Shown one piece after another: positions 51,577 to 55,161 of a stretch of 55,161 nt of DNA; position 1 is the stretch's first letter, and each line of letters opens with the position of its first letter. The DNA comes from Victivallaceae bacterium. Its GTDB lineage: Bacteria > Verrucomicrobiota > Lentisphaeria > Victivallales > Victivallaceae. Position numbers and translations under genes: made by a program. The stretch lies in the NCBI GenBank assembly GCA_024405715.1, contig JAKSOG010000001.1, positions 1 to 55,161 on the forward strand, in the 5' to 3' direction. The notes under the pieces were generated by a model, which did not search any database, was not told the origin of the DNA, and saw only the letters and a list, made by a program, of their open reading frames with translations.

Positions 51577-52989
51577 ATGGCCGAAGATCGTCCGATACGC
51601 GACGCGCAACCGGTCGGGGTCCTACCCGACCGGGCGCGCCCGCATGCAGAATCGGTCGAAAAGGCGGTGCTCGGCGCAATGTTGCGCGAGCCCGTCAACG
51701 CGATCGAAACGGTGATCGAACTCTGTCGTCAGGAGCAGCTTTTCTACTTTGCGGCGCATCAGGAAATCTACCGCGCGCTGTTGGAACTGCACCGTACCGA
51801 CGACAAGAGCGTCGATCTCGTTTCCGTCGCCCAGTATCTGCGCGAACACAAAAAACTCGAAGCCGTGGGCGGCGAAGTCTATCTCGCCGACCTTTACGAT
51901 TCGATCGCGACCACCGTCAACCTCGAATCGTGGTGCAAGACGCTGCAAAAATACGCGACGTTGCGCCGGATGATCGACGTCTGCGCCGGTGCACTGACGC
52001 GCTGTTACGACGCCGACGCCGACGCCGCGAAACTCGTCGACGAGATCGAGAGCGATGTCTACTCGATCCGCAACGGCGAGGAAACCCATTCGATCACCGA
52101 TCTGGAAGAATTGCTCAAAAAGCAGTTCGAACTCCTGATGGACATCCTTGAGCATAATGTCGAACCGGGAATCCCGACGGGGTTCGCGCCGATCGACGAA
52201 TGTACCGGAGGGTTGAAGCCCGGCGAAATGTTCGTACTCGCCGCGCGGCCTTCCATCGGCAAAACCAGTCTCGCGCTCAACGTGATCCGCAACGTCACGG
52301 TCAATTGTCCCAAACCCCGCCCCGTCGCCTTTTTCAGTTTGGAAATGACCGACGGACAAATCGCGCGACGGTTGCTTTGCACGCAGGCGCGCGTGCCCGA
52401 AGCGGCGTTCTGGAACCACAATTTCAACCGCAACGACACGACCCGCCTCACCGGAGCCGTCGACAAATTGAAGAAAGCGCCGCTTTACATCGACCCGACA
52501 CCGGGGCTGACCCTCGCCGAACTGCGGGCGAAAGCGCGGCGGCTCTACAGCGAGAAAAAAATCGAACTCATCGTCATCGACTATCTTCAATTGATGCATT
52601 CCGACGGCCGCGTCGAAAGCCGTCAGCAGGAAGTCGCGGAAATTTCCGGCGGCATCAAAAAACTGGCGAAAGACCTCAGCATCCCGATCCTGGTGCTCGC
52701 CCAGCTCAACCGCGAACTCGACAAGGACAAAGGGCAGAACGCCCGCCCGAAACTCGCGCATCTGCGCGAATCCGGCGCCATCGAGCAGGACGCCGACATC
52801 GTCAGGTTCCTGCACCGCGACCGCGAAAAAACCAAGGGGATGGAATCGGGCAGCGCCGAAGCGGAATGGATCATCGAAAAAAACCGTAACGGGCGGACCG
52901 CCAATTGCAAGCTGATCTTTTATCCCGAACGGATGGAATTTATGGCGGCGTCGCCGGAATCGTCGGCGTTCGCGCCGCCGCGAAAATGA
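51577..52989 (+). CDS. dnaB: Replicative DNA helicase
   Basis: 470 aa with PHAESVEKAVLGAML, Walker A ARPSIGKTS, IDYLQLM and ESGAIEQDADIV. Confidence 0.93.
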   Translation: MAEDRPIRDAQPVGVLPDRARPHAESVEKAVLGAMLREPVNAIETVIELCRQEQLFYFAAHQEIYRALLELHRTDDKSVDLVSVAQYLREHKKLEAVGGEVYLADLYDSIATTVNLESWCKTLQKYATLRRMIDVCAGALTRCYDADADAAKLVDEIESDVYSIRNGEETHSITDLEELLKKQFELLMDILEHNVEPGIPTGFAPIDECTGGLKPGEMFVLAARPSIGKTSLALNVIRNVTVNCPKPRPVAFFSLEMTDGQIARRLLCTQARVPEAAFWNHNFNRNDTTRLTGAVDKLKKAPLYIDPTPGLTLAELRAKARRLYSEKKIELIVIDYLQLMHSDGRVESRQQEVAEISGGIKKLAKDLSIPILVLAQLNRELDKDKGQNARPKLAHLRESGAIEQDADIVRFLHRDREKTKGMESGSAEAEWIIEKNRNGRTANCKLIFYPERMEFMAASPESSAFAPPRK

Positions 52990-53008
52990 CAAAAAAAGGG
53001 GGATCAAA

Positions 53009-55161
53009 ATGAACATCCGCGGCATCGCGCTGACGCTGTTTTTATGCGCCGGACTGCTCTCGGCCGCCGAGATCGCGGAGGTCGTTTTCGACCAGTCCTC
53101 CGCCGTCAAGATCCCCGAGGCGGGCTTGATCCCCCGCATCAAACTCCACAAGGGCGGCGAATTCGACCGCCGCACGCTGAGCGAAGACAATAAACGCCTG
53201 TACGAAACCGGCAATTTCGCCGACGTCGTCAGTGAAACGGAAACGCTTCCCGACGGCAAAGTCAAGGTGATTTTTCATCTGCGCGCACGACCGCGCGTGT
53301 CGCGGATCGAGATCGACGGAAACGCCAAATTCGAGACCCACGAGCTCGGGCGGGAGATCACGCTCAACGAAGGCGGTCTTCTCAACGACCGTCAGTTGCA
53401 GGAAAGCGCCCAGAAATTGCGTACTTTTTACGTCGAGCGCGGTTACCGCGACGTCGAAGTGATGCCCAAAATCGAAGCCGATCCCCAATCGTCCGAAAAC
53501 GTGATCGTGACGTTCAAGATCGGCGAACATCTCCGGCTCAAGGTCAACGACGTGACCTTCGAGGGGATGACGATCTTTTCTGAACGGGAAATGCGTTCGT
53601 CGATCGCCAACCAGTACAGTTATTTCAATCTGGTGCCCTTTCTCAACGATTTTCTCAACCGCGGATTGCTCGACCGCCGGGAACTCGACCTCGATCGCGC
53701 CCGTATCCGCGAAAAATATCTCGACCGCGGCTATCTCGACGCCAAAGTCGTCAACGTCGAAACCACGCCGACCGAAAACGATCCCGAATACGTCGACGTA
53801 AAATTTTTCATCGAGGAAGGCGAACCGTACACGGTCTCGAAAGTGACGATTTCCGGCACGGAAAAGTTTTCCGCGGAAGAACTCGCTCCGGCGGTCGTCC
53901 TCAAAGAAAACGAAACTTTTTCTCTTGCGCTGGAACAGCAGACTTCCCGTAACATCACAGGGCGTTACGAAACCTTCGGCTATTGCGACATCAGCTGCCG
54001 CGCCGTCCGTTCCGAAAAATTCGAGGACCACACCGTCGCGGTCGATTTCGTCGTCGCCGAAGGACGCGCTTATCATGTACGCGACGTCATCATCGTCGGC
54101 AATACCGAAACCAAAGACAAAGTGCTCCGCCGGGAACTCGCGATCCAGCCGGGCGACCCCGTCGACCGCAACCGCATCGAAGTCAGCCGTCAACGGCTGC
54201 TCGGAATGGGCTATTTCACCAAGGTCGAAGCCGACGCGATCAATGCGGACGCCCTCGACGAAAAAGACGTGCGCATTTCCGTCGAGGAAAACAAGGAACG
54301 TTATCATCTGCGCATCGGCGCCGGCGTTTCCGATTTCAGTTCCTTCTTCGGCATGGCGGAAATTTCGAGCGACAACTTCGACATCCTCAATCCCGGAAAC
54401 TGGTTCTACGGCGGCGGTCAGCGCATGCGCATTCAGGGCATTCTCGGCGTCGAGGACGCCGGTTTCAACATTGATTTCATCGAGCCGTGGCTTTTCGACA
54501 TCCCGTTGCGTTTTGAACTTTCCGGGTTTATGAACTGGACCGAATACGACCAGTGGAGAGAAAACCATCTCGGCGCCCGCACCTCGTTGCAGCACAAAGT
54601 TTTCGACGACTTCACCACGCTGTCGCTCGGATACAAATTCGAGGTCGTGCGGGTGACGGGCGTCAACCACCGTATCAAAGATTATTTCCACAAACACGAT
54701 CTCGACGGCACGTTCCGCACCAGCCAGATCACGCTGATGCTCGACCGCGACACCCGCGACAGTTTGCTGGATCCGACCGAAGGATACAACATCAACCTAC
54801 TCGCCGCCATTTCGCCGCGCGCCCTCGGTTCGAGCAGCGATTATTACCGGTTGGAAGCCAAAGGCAGTTACTTCATCAGCTTTTTCGACAAGGCGATCAT
54901 CGCGATGATCGGCGCGAAAATCGGCACCGTCGCAAGCTTTTCCGGCAGGACCGACGATGTGCCGGTCTACGAACGTTATCTGCTCGGCGGCGGCAATTCG
55001 ATCCGCGGTTTCTCCTACCGCAGCATCGGTCCGCATGTAAACGGAGAAAACATCGGCGGCGAAACGATGCTGGTGATGACCGCCGAAGTCAGCCACCCGA
55101 TCTGGGGTCCCCTGCGCGGCGCCTTTTTCGTCGACGCCGGCAGCGCCTGGGAACGTTCCTG
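53009..55161 (+). CDS. bamA: Outer-membrane protein assembly factor BamA (Omp85), N-terminal ~717 codons; 3' end lies outside the window
   Basis: Own translation from the ATG at 53009 gives a signal peptide (MNIRGIALTLFLCAGLLSAAE) and repeated POTRA-like units (...GNTETKDKVLRRELAIQPGD...). The beta-barrel follows, with YLLGGGNSIRGF near the end. It is not in the ORF track because no stop codon falls within the window. Confidence 0.88.
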   Translation, partial: MNIRGIALTLFLCAGLLSAAEIAEVVFDQSSAVKIPEAGLIPRIKLHKGGEFDRRTLSEDNKRLYETGNFADVVSETETLPDGKVKVIFHLRARPRVSRIEIDGNAKFETHELGREITLNEGGLLNDRQLQESAQKLRTFYVERGYRDVEVMPKIEADPQSSENVIVTFKIGEHLRLKVNDVTFEGMTIFSEREMRSSIANQYSYFNLVPFLNDFLNRGLLDRRELDLDRARIREKYLDRGYLDAKVVNVETTPTENDPEYVDVKFFIEEGEPYTVSKVTISGTEKFSAEELAPAVVLKENETFSLALEQQTSRNITGRYETFGYCDISCRAVRSEKFEDHTVAVDFVVAEGRAYHVRDVIIVGNTETKDKVLRRELAIQPGDPVDRNRIEVSRQRLLGMGYFTKVEADAINADALDEKDVRISVEENKERYHLRIGAGVSDFSSFFGMAEISSDNFDILNPGNWFYGGGQRMRIQGILGVEDAGFNIDFIEPWLFDIPLRFELSGFMNWTEYDQWRENHLGARTSLQHKVFDDFTTLSLGYKFEVVRVTGVNHRIKDYFHKHDLDGTFRTSQITLMLDRDTRDSLLDPTEGYNINLLAAISPRALGSSSDYYRLEAKGSYFISFFDKAIIAMIGAKIGTVASFSGRTDDVPVYERYLLGGGNSIRGFSYRSIGPHVNGENIGGETMLVMTAEVSHPIWGPLRGAFFVDAGSAWERS

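Noticed and set aside
51622-54697. Minus-strand ORFs of 547 aa (51622-53265) and 551 aa (53042-54697)
   Set aside because: They are antisense to dnaB and bamA, which carry clear motifs, so these are GC-rich antisense artefacts.
1-55161. CRISPR arrays, transposases, integrases, toxin-antitoxin pairs or recognised anti-phage defence genes
   Set aside because: I scanned the intergenic regions and the ORF list. No regularly spaced repeats longer than the two small tandem duplications reported were found. No ORF showed transposase, integrase, Cas or known defence-system motifs.

Overview
This is a GC-rich (about 60% or more by eye, not computed) chromosomal segment from a diderm bacterium; kdsB, heptose-pathway genes, a TolC-like lipoprotein and BamA are all present. 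A 695-aa N-terminally extended GreA suggests a PVC-superphylum or spirochaete-like lineage, but that is inference only. Most of the window is housekeeping:
- an LPS-core operon (HAD-hypothetical-hldA-kdsB)
- ribF, coaD, def and thiI
- a 7-gene aromatic operon (aroF-tyrA-aroB-aroA-aroC-aroK-aroQ)
- tRNA-Pro and tRNA-Glu/tRNA-Val
- ispE-gmhB, greA, tcdA and prmA
- prs-rplY-pth
- rpsF-ssb-rpsR-rplI-dnaB-bamA

The accessory or unusual content is:
1. A compact 5.9-kb, seven-gene phage-derived head and DNA-packaging module (terS, portal, scaffold, major capsid, adaptor-like, Cys4/HTH protein, terL). It sits between thiI and aroF, has no integrase, tail, lysis or replication genes, and has its own host-type promoter.
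2. A Cdc123/D123-like ATP-grasp gene translationally coupled to a membrane protein and def.
3. A 7-gene AraC-linked sugar or amino-sugar oxidoreductase, deacetylase, deaminase and dehydratase operon.
4. A structured leader upstream of prs with terminator/antiterminator logic.
5. A decaying DHHW/MBOAT O-acyltransferase locus.
6. An apparent 1-nt frameshift in ispE.

Fourteen intergenic regions carry TTGnnn-17 nt-TATAnT promoters. No CRISPR array, transposase or integrase was seen.

Two notes on the ORF track. It prints M for TTG/GTG starts. It also omits ORFs that run off the window edges, so kdsB and bamA were found by my own translation.
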